In this document: positions 23,810 through 32,595 of the stretch, piece after piece
Numbering within the stretch: position 1 is the first letter of the stretch
Layout: each line of letters starts with the position of its first letter
Origin: a virus
Lineage: Duplodnaviria > Caudoviricetes
Reading direction: 5' to 3' (one strand)
DNA length: 55,270 nt
Virus record (IMG/VR): IMGVR_UViG_3300017956_000015
Span: 1-55,270 of that record
Notes under the pieces: model-generated
Databases searched by the model: none
Seen by the model: only the letters and a program-made list of their open reading frames with translations
What the model was told of the DNA's origin: nothing
Made by a program: the position numbers and the translations under genes

Positions 23810-24540
23810 CAGAACTGCAAAAACTAATGAAGTTCCGGGAAAACATTCATCATTTCAAAGATGAAGACCCAGGAAAGGACAAGATAGATCAAATACTGAG
23901 AGATGCTCACTCATTGGTTCCAACAAAAAACAATCTCTGGGCCTACAACATCGATGTCTACGGTCCTGAACACAAAGAAGAGAAAGAGATCGTGGCAATG
24001 CAAACAGTCAGTGGTTGGGATAAAAGGAATTTTGCACCAGGTGGGAAGGATCACGGCAACCATGATAAATTGCGAGATATCTATCACAAGTGGAAACAGG
24101 GCAGGGAGACATTGAGGCAAGACAAGTCTTTAGAAAATAGAAAACTACGAGCCAAATACAATGGTTTCAGTTTCAATGAACAAGTAACTGCTCCTTACTT
24201 GCTGGTGTACTATCAGGTACCAGGATTTCCAACTAAAAAACAAATTGAAAAAAATTACAAGAGATTGTTGATAGACTACAAAGACAACGAGCAATGGATG
24301 ATCTCTGCGTCTATGCATGGGTTTGGAACCACACTACTGGCCGCCGAGCAGGGATTACACGCAAGTTTCTGTAAATGTTATTACCATGACTTAGAAAACT
24401 TCACCAACATACTTGCCCCATTGAGACATGGTTTCAAGAATATTGCTTTCCTGTTAGGTATAGGACACCGAGATGGTGAACTGCCGTACTACAAGAATCC
24501 CAATGTTCCTAATTATAACGAAATAGTAAATTGGAAGTGA
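23806..24540 (+). CDS. nitroreductase-family (FMN-dependent) oxidoreductase
   Basis: R.....F.......I..IL..A....PTKNN...Y.I.V; APYLLV; LLAAEQGL.ASF; LLGIGH - typical nitroreductase layout. Confidence 0.65.
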   Translation: MTELQKLMKFRENIHHFKDEDPGKDKIDQILRDAHSLVPTKNNLWAYNIDVYGPEHKEEKEIVAMQTVSGWDKRNFAPGGKDHGNHDKLRDIYHKWKQGRETLRQDKSLENRKLRAKYNGFSFNEQVTAPYLLVYYQVPGFPTKKQIEKNYKRLLIDYKDNEQWMISASMHGFGTTLLAAEQGLHASFCKCYYHDLENFTNILAPLRHGFKNIAFLLGIGHRDGELPYYKNPNVPNYNEIVNWK

Positions 24541-24543
24541 TGT

Positions 24544-25905
24544 GTGATGGACAGTTATGAACATTTCAAACAAGTCTGGGAAGAGCAGACAGCACAAATA
24601 AAGCCGGCCAAGAAATTGAACCATCTGGTGTTTATTGTGGTACACCCTGACAAAATGAAATGGGATTATGCCTTGGAAAAACAACTACAGATGACGGTGC
24701 TACAGACCTCTGGTGGCATAACGGGTTCTGGCACAGGACACGTGCAAAAAATTTGCCTACAAAGTGAACTAAACCAAGTGCTTAGGTCTTGCCAACAGCA
24801 CACACACGCCATGATATGTGCCACAGGAATGATATTTGACATGACTGCTCGTGTGTCGCCCATAACAAGTTTTTACGAATGGACAAAGACAGGCGAATAC
24901 TGTAGGGGACACATAATTTCCCGTCCCAGATCTGCACACTTGAACGGACAGCACATAGAACTGAACTTAGAAAAATGGAGAGAACTAGGACAACCATCTA
25001 TCTGGGAAACCTGGAAGAAGTTTAAGAGATCAGTGGATAACTTTCATGACACTTACACGCCGTGGTGGTTGAAGCCTTACAACCGACCAGAAATAAAGAA
25101 TTTCACTACCCAAGAAAGGAGTGCAAAGGCGTGGTCCTATTACACACTGACTAGAAAGAAAGCACACCAAAGTAAAATGTGGTCTAAAATCAAGGGACTG
25201 CCTGACGGATGGATAGACAGCGTGAACGTGAACACCAGGGACAACTACACAAAGATATTGATGAAAAGGATGAGGCCCCGGTTCTATTCCGAGAACACCG
25301 AACTAATAGGAAAACTACCAAATCAGAAATTCGATCTAATATTCACTCCGACCGCCGGATACAGTGGAGAAATATTTGCTGACAGACTTGATTTTTGGGG
25401 AGAAGTTGTGTTCTATGATTACTGTGCGGAAAATATACACATCAAGCAGAACATTGTGGAAATGCAAATGACCATGGATCAGATTAAGGAATACAGCAAG
25501 ATGTCCAGACATCCGATAGTGTTCAATGATCACGGATTCTTGCAGAACCACTATCCAGACTATGACATGAAAAAATTCAAAAAGGAGTATGGTGACAGAA
25601 CGGCACTGCGTATGCTACAATACAAGATGAATAACAAGCACAAAATTGACTACTGGATTATGGACCTGATCAAAACCATTAGAGCGAAATCTAGGTCGAA
25701 AAAATATAACGAACTCGTTGATAAGATCAGAGGCAAGGATGTCTTCTTTGATGTTAGCAACATATTCAGTTATCATGTGTCCCACGCAGGGTACACTTTA
25801 GATGAGTTAATGGACACGCTGGATGACCTTAAAAAAGTTCTATCCACACACACAAACAGTTTTTACATCAAAGGCACTGCGCCTTGCAAACAGGAGATAG
25901 AGTGA
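24544..25905 (+). CDS. hypothetical protein (453 aa)
   Basis: Long ORF within the operon. C-terminal PTAG...VVFYD...VFFDVSNIF may be a Rossmann-like fold; function not assignable. Confidence 0.6.
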   Translation: MMDSYEHFKQVWEEQTAQIKPAKKLNHLVFIVVHPDKMKWDYALEKQLQMTVLQTSGGITGSGTGHVQKICLQSELNQVLRSCQQHTHAMICATGMIFDMTARVSPITSFYEWTKTGEYCRGHIISRPRSAHLNGQHIELNLEKWRELGQPSIWETWKKFKRSVDNFHDTYTPWWLKPYNRPEIKNFTTQERSAKAWSYYTLTRKKAHQSKMWSKIKGLPDGWIDSVNVNTRDNYTKILMKRMRPRFYSENTELIGKLPNQKFDLIFTPTAGYSGEIFADRLDFWGEVVFYDYCAENIHIKQNIVEMQMTMDQIKEYSKMSRHPIVFNDHGFLQNHYPDYDMKKFKKEYGDRTALRMLQYKMNNKHKIDYWIMDLIKTIRAKSRSKKYNELVDKIRGKDVFFDVSNIFSYHVSHAGYTLDELMDTLDDLKKVLSTHTNSFYIKGTAPCKQEIE

Positions 25906-26603
25906 AGATATTCGCAGTAAGGATAGGTGACAGGTATGGACCGGAGTATGAGTCATATCTACAATCAAAGTTGCCCGAGTACGAATTTGTTTGGATCAGG
26001 GAACCTGTACAGCACGACATATTGATGCAGTGGAACAAGATGTCTGTAATGAACATGGACATAGAAGAACCAGTTGTCGTCATGGACATAGACGTGTTGC
26101 TGGTGAATGATTACAAGCAGATGTTTGAATATCCGATCAAACGCGGCGAGTTCCTGTCGATACCTGGTTGGTGGAGGGACACCGAGCGTGAAGGTTACAG
26201 TCTCAATGGTGGTTTCTTCAAATACTACCCAACTGATTGCAAGTACATATATGAGAAATTCATGAAGGATCACTTGAAATGGCAGAGACACTACATCGAC
26301 AACGGCATAACCAAGGGACCAATCAACGGTGAACAATATTTTGTGGAGGATGCAGTGAATGAAAGGTTGGAACTAAAACTCCTACCGAACAGTTGGGTCA
26401 CACGTTGGTGCAGTGACGAAGTGGTGATCGGTGGCAAAGACATGAAAGAATGGCAGATAAAGACAACAATGAAATATCAACGGCTAACAACCAATGATTA
26501 CGTGTACCTTGGAGGAGAATTCCATCCAGACATCAAATTTGTACACTTCACACATCATGCAAACAAACCACACGATTGGGAGGGCTATAAATATTTCAAA
26601 TGA
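25902..26603 (+). CDS. glycosyltransferase-like protein (GT-A fold)
   Basis: VRIGDRYGPEYE, WNK, VVMDIDVLL (DXD), LNGGF, GEQ.FV, HFTH. GTG start at 25902 with AGGAG RBS, overlapping the upstream stop. Confidence 0.68.
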   Translation: MKIFAVRIGDRYGPEYESYLQSKLPEYEFVWIREPVQHDILMQWNKMSVMNMDIEEPVVVMDIDVLLVNDYKQMFEYPIKRGEFLSIPGWWRDTEREGYSLNGGFFKYYPTDCKYIYEKFMKDHLKWQRHYIDNGITKGPINGEQYFVEDAVNERLELKLLPNSWVTRWCSDEVVIGGKDMKEWQIKTTMKYQRLTTNDYVYLGGEFHPDIKFVHFTHHANKPHDWEGYKYFK

Positions 26604-27163
26604 TACTTTTATACGGATACATGACATATTGGGTGTTGGCCGCAATAGGAATCACCTATGGATACCATAGGTATTTTGCACACAACGATTACAAGACTAA
26701 TGCTGTGAGTGAAGTAGTGCTGTTGTACATAGGTTTGCTGTGCGGAGGACGTAGTGCCTTGACCTGGGCAGGAGTGCATAGGATACATCATGCAAACGCT
26801 GACACCGACAAGGATCCACACAGTCCGAAAAATCATCCTTGGTACGTGGTACTTTTCAGTCTATGGAAAGTTAAGAACATACCAAGGCAATTCATTAAAG
26901 ATCTAATAGCGAATCCAAGGGTGATGTTCTTCCACAGATATGGTAAATTTATTTTTGCCGCACACTGGATAATCACACCATTGATTTTTGGCGTAAATGC
27001 AGTTATAATTAACCTAATGTTGTTGATATTTTCATACTTAGGTTTTGGTATACTGAACTTTTACGGACATGATGCCAAGGGTCCTGCAAACAACTTACTG
27101 ATAAATTTGATTGCACCGTTTGAAGGGAACCACAAGGATCATCATGATTACGCAAGAATTTAA
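26600..27163 (+). CDS. membrane fatty acid desaturase (delta-9/DesC-like, three His boxes)
   Basis: His boxes GYHRYFAH, HRIHH...D...DPHSP and EGNHKDHH, with hydrophobic segments. Confidence 0.85.
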   Translation: MILLYGYMTYWVLAAIGITYGYHRYFAHNDYKTNAVSEVVLLYIGLLCGGRSALTWAGVHRIHHANADTDKDPHSPKNHPWYVVLFSLWKVKNIPRQFIKDLIANPRVMFFHRYGKFIFAAHWIITPLIFGVNAVIINLMLLIFSYLGFGILNFYGHDAKGPANNLLINLIAPFEGNHKDHHDYARI

Positions 27164-27734
27164 CAGAGACAGTAGCGTAGAATACGTGCAGATGGACTTT
27201 GATGTCCCTGTTAAGCAAATTCTCACAGAGTACGAACTGATCAAGGATAGGTTAGTCACACACAGGCCCGAGGATGGGCACAAAGACTGGTGTGCAGTAA
27301 CCCTGTATGGGTTTGACTCCGATAAAACAAACAGCCACTGGGAGTACGACAGGAGGAAGCAAAGGCCAAAGGTAACAGATGTAGGAGAACGTTGTCCCAG
27401 GACGATCGAGTGGGTAAACAGCCTTCCATACGCAAGGGTGGATGACATAAGGTTTTTAGTGATAAGGCCTGGAGGTTACATAACCAAACACATCGATGTA
27501 CCGGAACGAAACTGGCTGGAACCACTCAACGTATGTTTGAGCTATCCCAAGGGAAACAGATTTGTGCTGAACAACAGAGATGTTGACTATGTACCTGGCA
27601 TGCCTTTAGTGTTGAACATTCACTACGAGCACTTTGTAGAAAACAACTCGGACGAAGAGAGGGTACACCTTCTGGTGCATGGCAAAAAGAAAAAGGAGTT
27701 TTGGAATTATGTTGAAACCTTTAGACAGCCATAA
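27144..27734 (+). CDS. aspartyl/asparaginyl beta-hydroxylase-like 2OG-Fe(II) oxygenase
   Basis: RFL.I.PGGYI..HID (HxD), distal H..ENNS.E.RVHL; ATG at 27144 preferred. Confidence 0.75.
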   Translation: MITQEFNRDSSVEYVQMDFDVPVKQILTEYELIKDRLVTHRPEDGHKDWCAVTLYGFDSDKTNSHWEYDRRKQRPKVTDVGERCPRTIEWVNSLPYARVDDIRFLVIRPGGYITKHIDVPERNWLEPLNVCLSYPKGNRFVLNNRDVDYVPGMPLVLNIHYEHFVENNSDEERVHLLVHGKKKKEFWNYVETFRQP

Positions 27735-28242
27735 ACCTGCGACATCAACAACTTTCATTCCACACGAGAGGACTGATGTACTCAGAACACTTAAAAATTA
27801 CAAGTTCAACGAGTCCGACAGGCTGGCGGACAACTACAAGGGAATAGATTGGTTCGGTCTAGAAGCAATTAGCGTGTACGAGAGAGACGGTGAGATAGTG
27901 GGTTTTTCAAGCATAGCACATCGTCCAGAATACTTTGAAAAAGGAGAGTGTAGGATTCTCAACAGGTACTACGAGTCGCCAGAGATGCGCAGGACTTCAA
28001 AGATCATAGCAGATGATCACGTGTGCGAAATGGCTATGCAACAAATAGACATGGCAAAGAAAATAGGTTTCAAGAAAGCATTCATAAGCAGGTGTAGGTC
28101 ACCTAGGCATCTCACAAAGTTTATAGATACTATGAGCACGAAAACTAAAACAAAATGGCACTTGGACGGAAAAAAGGTTGCGGTGTGCAATCCCAAAATT
28201 GATGAGTGCTGGCAGTACAAGGCATGGATGGATTTATGTTAA
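27709..28242 (+). CDS. hypothetical protein, possibly GNAT-fold
   Basis: VYERDGEIVGFS...RILNRYY...Q...AK..GF..AFIS resembles GNAT topology; ATG at 27709 follows AAGGAG. Confidence 0.45.
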   Translation: MLKPLDSHKPATSTTFIPHERTDVLRTLKNYKFNESDRLADNYKGIDWFGLEAISVYERDGEIVGFSSIAHRPEYFEKGECRILNRYYESPEMRRTSKIIADDHVCEMAMQQIDMAKKIGFKKAFISRCRSPRHLTKFIDTMSTKTKTKWHLDGKKVAVCNPKIDECWQYKAWMDLC

Positions 28243-29060
28243 AGAGAGATCAATTGCCCGCATTTAAAAAATTGCCTTACACTTTTGACGTGGATAGGAT
28301 TAATGAAATAGTGAGGCAAATGCCTGTACAGGAGGACGACCTAAAGGTCAAGGAAGGCTACGGTGACCTAGTAGGTGGCAAGACTGCCAAACTACAAAAA
28401 GCATTTGGACTTAAATTCACGAGTATAGAGGACGCATATGAATTTTTGGTGAACAACGACGTAGCCGAATCTGAATTGTACAAAAACGAGAGTCGCATAA
28501 CCAAAGCACTGGGCAACAAGCGTATGGCGTGGGACTACAGGAATTACGTGAAGCCTTATGAAAATTACATAGTCAAAGACAAGGATGGCAAGTATGAGGT
28601 AAATGGGTCACCCTACAAGCAGATAGCACTGACAGAGTACAATCCTGAAATGGAGCAACGTGTGTATGACAAGAAAATTCCAAAAGGGAGGTTAGATGAA
28701 CGACATTACAACAAGGTAAAAGATTGGGTCAAGGGAACTTACATAGAAGATGTTTTGAAAAGTTTCAGGGCAGAACACACCAGGGCAAGAATAGCCATCA
28801 TGGATCCTGGAGCCTACATAAATGATCACATAGATTATAACACCGATTACTCGGTGCGGTACCACATACCGCTGACCACAAACGAAGACTGTGGTTTCCA
28901 CGTGATCGACAGGAATGGAGTCAAGCACGAACAGAAGATGTTGCCCGGCGAGTGTTGGTTCCTAAACCAGGGTCTGAGGCACAGCGCCTGGAACAAGGGC
29001 AAGACAACCAGGGCACACATAATCATTTCATTCTTGACACAGGAGGACCTCGATGCATAG
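28236..29060 (+). CDS. aspartyl/asparaginyl beta-hydroxylase-like 2OG-Fe(II) oxygenase
   Basis: RARIA.MDPG..I..HIDY...RYHIPL.TN...GECWFLN....HSAWN.G...R.HII. Confidence 0.8.
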   Translation: MLKRDQLPAFKKLPYTFDVDRINEIVRQMPVQEDDLKVKEGYGDLVGGKTAKLQKAFGLKFTSIEDAYEFLVNNDVAESELYKNESRITKALGNKRMAWDYRNYVKPYENYIVKDKDGKYEVNGSPYKQIALTEYNPEMEQRVYDKKIPKGRLDERHYNKVKDWVKGTYIEDVLKSFRAEHTRARIAIMDPGAYINDHIDYNTDYSVRYHIPLTTNEDCGFHVIDRNGVKHEQKMLPGECWFLNQGLRHSAWNKGKTTRAHIIISFLTQEDLDA

Positions 29061-29646
29061 TATACAGGCACACCTGGGCAGAACAAAGACAAATAATTTT
29101 TCAGCAATTGACATACCAGTGTTGGAGAAATATTGTGTAGGAAAGAATGTGCTAGACATTGGTTGTGCAAACGGTGATGTGGTGAAATATCTAGCGGAAA
29201 CCGGCACAAACGCATATGGCATAGACGGGGACGAAAACGCAATCAAATTATATTCAGAACAAAGAATAAGACACAGGTTGTTATGCCACGATTACACAAA
29301 AGGCCAATCATCGTTCAATATGAAAGTTGACGTGGTGCTATCGACAGATTTTTGTGAACACGTGGAAGAGGAGTTTATTGACAATTACATGAAGGATTTT
29401 TCTCTAGGCAAAGTGGTGATACTGCATACACCACCGCGAGGCACACCAGGACACCATCACGTGAACACACAGGATAGTCAGTACTGGATATTGTTATTTG
29501 CCCAATACGGTTTCAAACTGGATCAGTTTCTAACTCAAGAGGCAAGGTCTATTTCTGACTATCAAAATCCACAGGACATGGATTATTTTATAAAGCATCC
29601 GAGCATCTTGCCAAAACACAATTATTTGGTTTTTAGGAAAATATGA
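29053..29646 (+). CDS. class I SAM-dependent methyltransferase
   Basis: VLDIGCANG, YGIDG, HDY, D.V.S..F.EH, GHHHVN...YW. Confidence 0.85.
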   Translation: MHSIQAHLGRTKTNNFSAIDIPVLEKYCVGKNVLDIGCANGDVVKYLAETGTNAYGIDGDENAIKLYSEQRIRHRLLCHDYTKGQSSFNMKVDVVLSTDFCEHVEEEFIDNYMKDFSLGKVVILHTPPRGTPGHHHVNTQDSQYWILLFAQYGFKLDQFLTQEARSISDYQNPQDMDYFIKHPSILPKHNYLVFRKI

Positions 29647-30410
29647 AGAAAGTAATAACACACGGACACTGCTCTGCTAGGTATAAATGGCCAACGTGGC
29701 CAAATTTCCTTTCCACTTATGTTGGCGATGCGGAAATCATTAATCTAGCAAAGCCTGGGATAGGCAATGAGACAATAGCACGTGATGTTGTAAATGCAGT
29801 GTCTAAGTTTAATGACATATCACACGTGTACGTGATGTGGGGTGCTCCTCATAGGTATGATGTATTCACGGAAGGCAAACAGCAAATCAGTAATAACAAG
29901 GACAGTTGGTCAATGTATGACAACGACTTTGAATGGACAGTTTCGTACAATGGACACTACAACTCACAACCACACGAGGTATTTGACAGATTTAAGACTC
30001 TAGAAAACATACTGTACACACAGTTGTTTTTAGATAGGAAACAAATAGATTACACAATGATGATCTATGACACAAGGACATTGCCAAAGCAAATTAATTT
30101 AACAAAACCAGAAGATTTCCTGAGACAACAGATCGACTGGAGCAAATTTCTTTTCTACCAGAATCAACTGGGCCTGAGAGACTTTGCACAAGATCTGTAC
30201 CCAGACCAGTTTCCTACTCCCGATCAAACAAAGGGTGATAGGCATCTTCATCCATTGCCATATCCTCACTACAAGTGGGTAAAGGATATAATGTTCAAAA
30301 GTGTACGGGAAGTTGAAGATGCTCAGCGTTATGCCAATTGGCAGGAGGAGGACGCACATTGGATGCCAGAGGCCAAACGTGTGTTACCTTACGAGGAGTA
30401 TGATGCCTAA
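29643..30410 (+). CDS. SGNH-hydrolase-like protein
   Basis: GHCS near the N-terminus, WP, INLA.PG.GN..I, V.VMW...R, C-terminal D..LHP...H. Confidence 0.5.
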   Translation: MKKVITHGHCSARYKWPTWPNFLSTYVGDAEIINLAKPGIGNETIARDVVNAVSKFNDISHVYVMWGAPHRYDVFTEGKQQISNNKDSWSMYDNDFEWTVSYNGHYNSQPHEVFDRFKTLENILYTQLFLDRKQIDYTMMIYDTRTLPKQINLTKPEDFLRQQIDWSKFLFYQNQLGLRDFAQDLYPDQFPTPDQTKGDRHLHPLPYPHYKWVKDIMFKSVREVEDAQRYANWQEEDAHWMPEAKRVLPYEEYDA

Positions 30411-30885
30411 CTACATTGAAACACAGTACACTCCTGACGTGAACCTGCTGAAATCTTATATGTCGGACCACTGGGAGGACAGCAATGAACTCTACAAGGA
30501 ATACATGAGTTGGGAAAACAACAAGTTCTTCGTGCAGGAGATAAAAAATTTTGACAGGCGTCTGTTACGTGAGATAAAGAAAATATGGAACTACATGGGT
30601 ATCAGGCCTCGAGAATGGAGATGCAATTTCTTCAGAGTTTTACCAGGCGGGGAACTGCCCTTGCACATTGATGTTTTAAGTCAGTGCAGTGTGGTTGTTC
30701 CAATGACCGAGATGACCGGTGAATTGTATTTTGATGACGGTTCTGAAGTGCTGTATAATAACATGACAATAATTAATACTAAAGTGGCGCACGGCGTAAA
30801 GGCACCAACAAAGGAACGCATAGTTTTCCACATGGGCATACACGACACGCCATTCGAGGAGATTAAAATTGGACACAATTCATAA
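30400..30885 (+). CDS. 2OG-Fe(II) oxygenase / AspH-like cupin
   Basis: FFRV.PGG.LP.HID (HxD), NT...HGV, R.VF; ATG at 30400 after GAGGAG. Confidence 0.68.
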   Translation: MMPNYIETQYTPDVNLLKSYMSDHWEDSNELYKEYMSWENNKFFVQEIKNFDRRLLREIKKIWNYMGIRPREWRCNFFRVLPGGELPLHIDVLSQCSVVVPMTEMTGELYFDDGSEVLYNNMTIINTKVAHGVKAPTKERIVFHMGIHDTPFEEIKIGHNS

Positions 30886-31714
30886 CAGCAATGAGACTCT
30901 ATGGCAGGGTGTGTTTCCCGAAGAGGGAACGTACCAGATAGAGAACTTCTTGAGCAATGAAGAAGTCAAATTTATTATAGATTGGTACTACAAGGAAAAA
31001 CCCAAACAAGGTTTTTATTTGCAGGAGAAAGCGTTGCAGTTCATTGGCGACCATCACGAGGATCCATCCATCAAGGAGATACTTTACCCTAGGATAAAAC
31101 AGCATTTCGGTGACTTCAGGTTATACAGTGAACTCCACAATGACACCAATCCGCACAGTGCAGATTTCATATGTGAGCAGACCAGGATATTTGGGCCACA
31201 CACTGATGCCATAACACATATACCAGGCTGGCTGACACAGAAGGACATCATAATTCCCTTGTGGATTGAGAATGACGCAGAGACACACACATACGCGATG
31301 AATCAAAGATGTTACAGACGTGGCACTCACTTCAGGAAAGGATCAACGGACACAGGAACCAATGTATACTCCAACGTGTTGCGTGACAGTTACGAGGTGC
31401 CGGGTGTGACAAATTTGAATGGCACAGAAATAGATAATGAATTCATAGAGACACACATAGGTGACAGGTTCCTCAAATCATACTTCGAGGGATTGACCGT
31501 GGAGACTGTGGAGCAGAACGTGCCTGGAAACGCTATAATAAAAGATTCAAGTGTGATACATGGCCCTTGCAATTACAACCTTGTAGGCTCTGCACGGAAA
31601 CTAAACATAAGCATCAGGATGTTCAAGCAAGTGGACACATGGGCACCCAACACTGTGTTCAGCGACGTCAACTTTGAAGCCTGTAACAAAAGGACTTACT
31701 ATGCCAAAGTATAA
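30869..31714 (+). CDS. putative 2OG-Fe(II) dioxygenase (paralog 1 of a tandem pair)
   Basis: IENFLS.EE, HTD, IIIPL, PG.AI..DS..IH, R..I - HxD...H facial-triad pattern. Confidence 0.6.
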   Translation: MDTIHNSNETLWQGVFPEEGTYQIENFLSNEEVKFIIDWYYKEKPKQGFYLQEKALQFIGDHHEDPSIKEILYPRIKQHFGDFRLYSELHNDTNPHSADFICEQTRIFGPHTDAITHIPGWLTQKDIIIPLWIENDAETHTYAMNQRCYRRGTHFRKGSTDTGTNVYSNVLRDSYEVPGVTNLNGTEIDNEFIETHIGDRFLKSYFEGLTVETVEQNVPGNAIIKDSSVIHGPCNYNLVGSARKLNISIRMFKQVDTWAPNTVFSDVNFEACNKRTYYAKV

Positions 31715-32585
31715 AACGGACAGGCCCTTCACGGAAGAACAACTAGAGGGCATGGATGTCATTCATGATCCAAACACCAAAATGTTTGAATGCCAGTACG
31801 AAGAATCGTACGTCGTAGAGGATTTCATCAACGGCGTTGAGTGTGGGACCTTAGAATTATGGTTCAAGGACAACTATCCAAAGATAGGTTACGACATCAA
31901 CGATCACGTGTACCATATCACTTTTCCCATGGTGCACAAGGTAGTGTCTGACATAGTGCGTCCCAAGATCTATGAGCACTTTGGTGATGACGTAATATTC
32001 TACAGTGATGTCAGCAAGGATCCCATGAGCGTGGGAGACCAGTTCTTCAAATCCAAGAGACCGTATGGGCTTCACACGGATGCGGTCACACACCTAGAAG
32101 GCTACAGGCCATTCAAGGACATAATCATTCCAATCGCGCTAGATGGCATTGACGAGAGCCAATATGTCACTTTCAACCAGAGGTACAGAGGCCGTGCTAC
32201 TCACTTCATGCGGGGCAGGATAAAAGGCAGTTTTGCCAACTATGCCAACGTAATCAGGTATCAAGACTATGAGGAATACGGAGTAGAGGGCATAGACAGA
32301 AGCGGTCGCGATCATGACATTTTGAAAAAGATGATGCCCGATCACATACCCATGAGCGTGTATGAAGGTCTAACCATAGAAAAGATTTTACCATGGCGTC
32401 CTAGGTGTGCAATAGTGCATGACAGCAGTGTTCTTCACGCACCCGCTGATTACAGGGCACAGGGTTGTAAGGTAAAAGTTGGCCTGACACTGCACCTTAT
32501 GAAGGCCGATCCAACATACAGCAACAAATTAGAAGGATATTACACTCCGTTTAGCCGATACACAAAGCCTTTAATTAAAGCATAA
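31701..32585 (+). CDS. putative 2OG-Fe(II) dioxygenase (paralog 2 of a tandem pair)
   Basis: VEDFI, LHTD, KDIIIPI, AIV.DS.VLH, K.GL; clearly similar to 30869..31714. Confidence 0.6.
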   Translation: MPKYKTDRPFTEEQLEGMDVIHDPNTKMFECQYEESYVVEDFINGVECGTLELWFKDNYPKIGYDINDHVYHITFPMVHKVVSDIVRPKIYEHFGDDVIFYSDVSKDPMSVGDQFFKSKRPYGLHTDAVTHLEGYRPFKDIIIPIALDGIDESQYVTFNQRYRGRATHFMRGRIKGSFANYANVIRYQDYEEYGVEGIDRSGRDHDILKKMMPDHIPMSVYEGLTIEKILPWRPRCAIVHDSSVLHAPADYRAQGCKVKVGLTLHLMKADPTYSNKLEGYYTPFSRYTKPLIKA

Positions 32586-32588
32586 ATA
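32581..32588 (+). promoter_or_regulatory. putative late promoter (CATAAATA)
   Basis: TAAATA core overlapping the upstream stop, 7 nt before the ATG of fibre gene 2. Confidence 0.6.
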
Positions 32589-32595
32589 TCCGTAC

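Noticed and set aside
22133-32585. Interpretation of cassette A as a DNA hypermodification cluster
   Set aside because: The oxygenases look AspH-like rather than TET/JBP, and no thymidylate synthase homolog, nucleotide kinase or polymerase is nearby. Not excluded, but less supported than protein/glycan modification.
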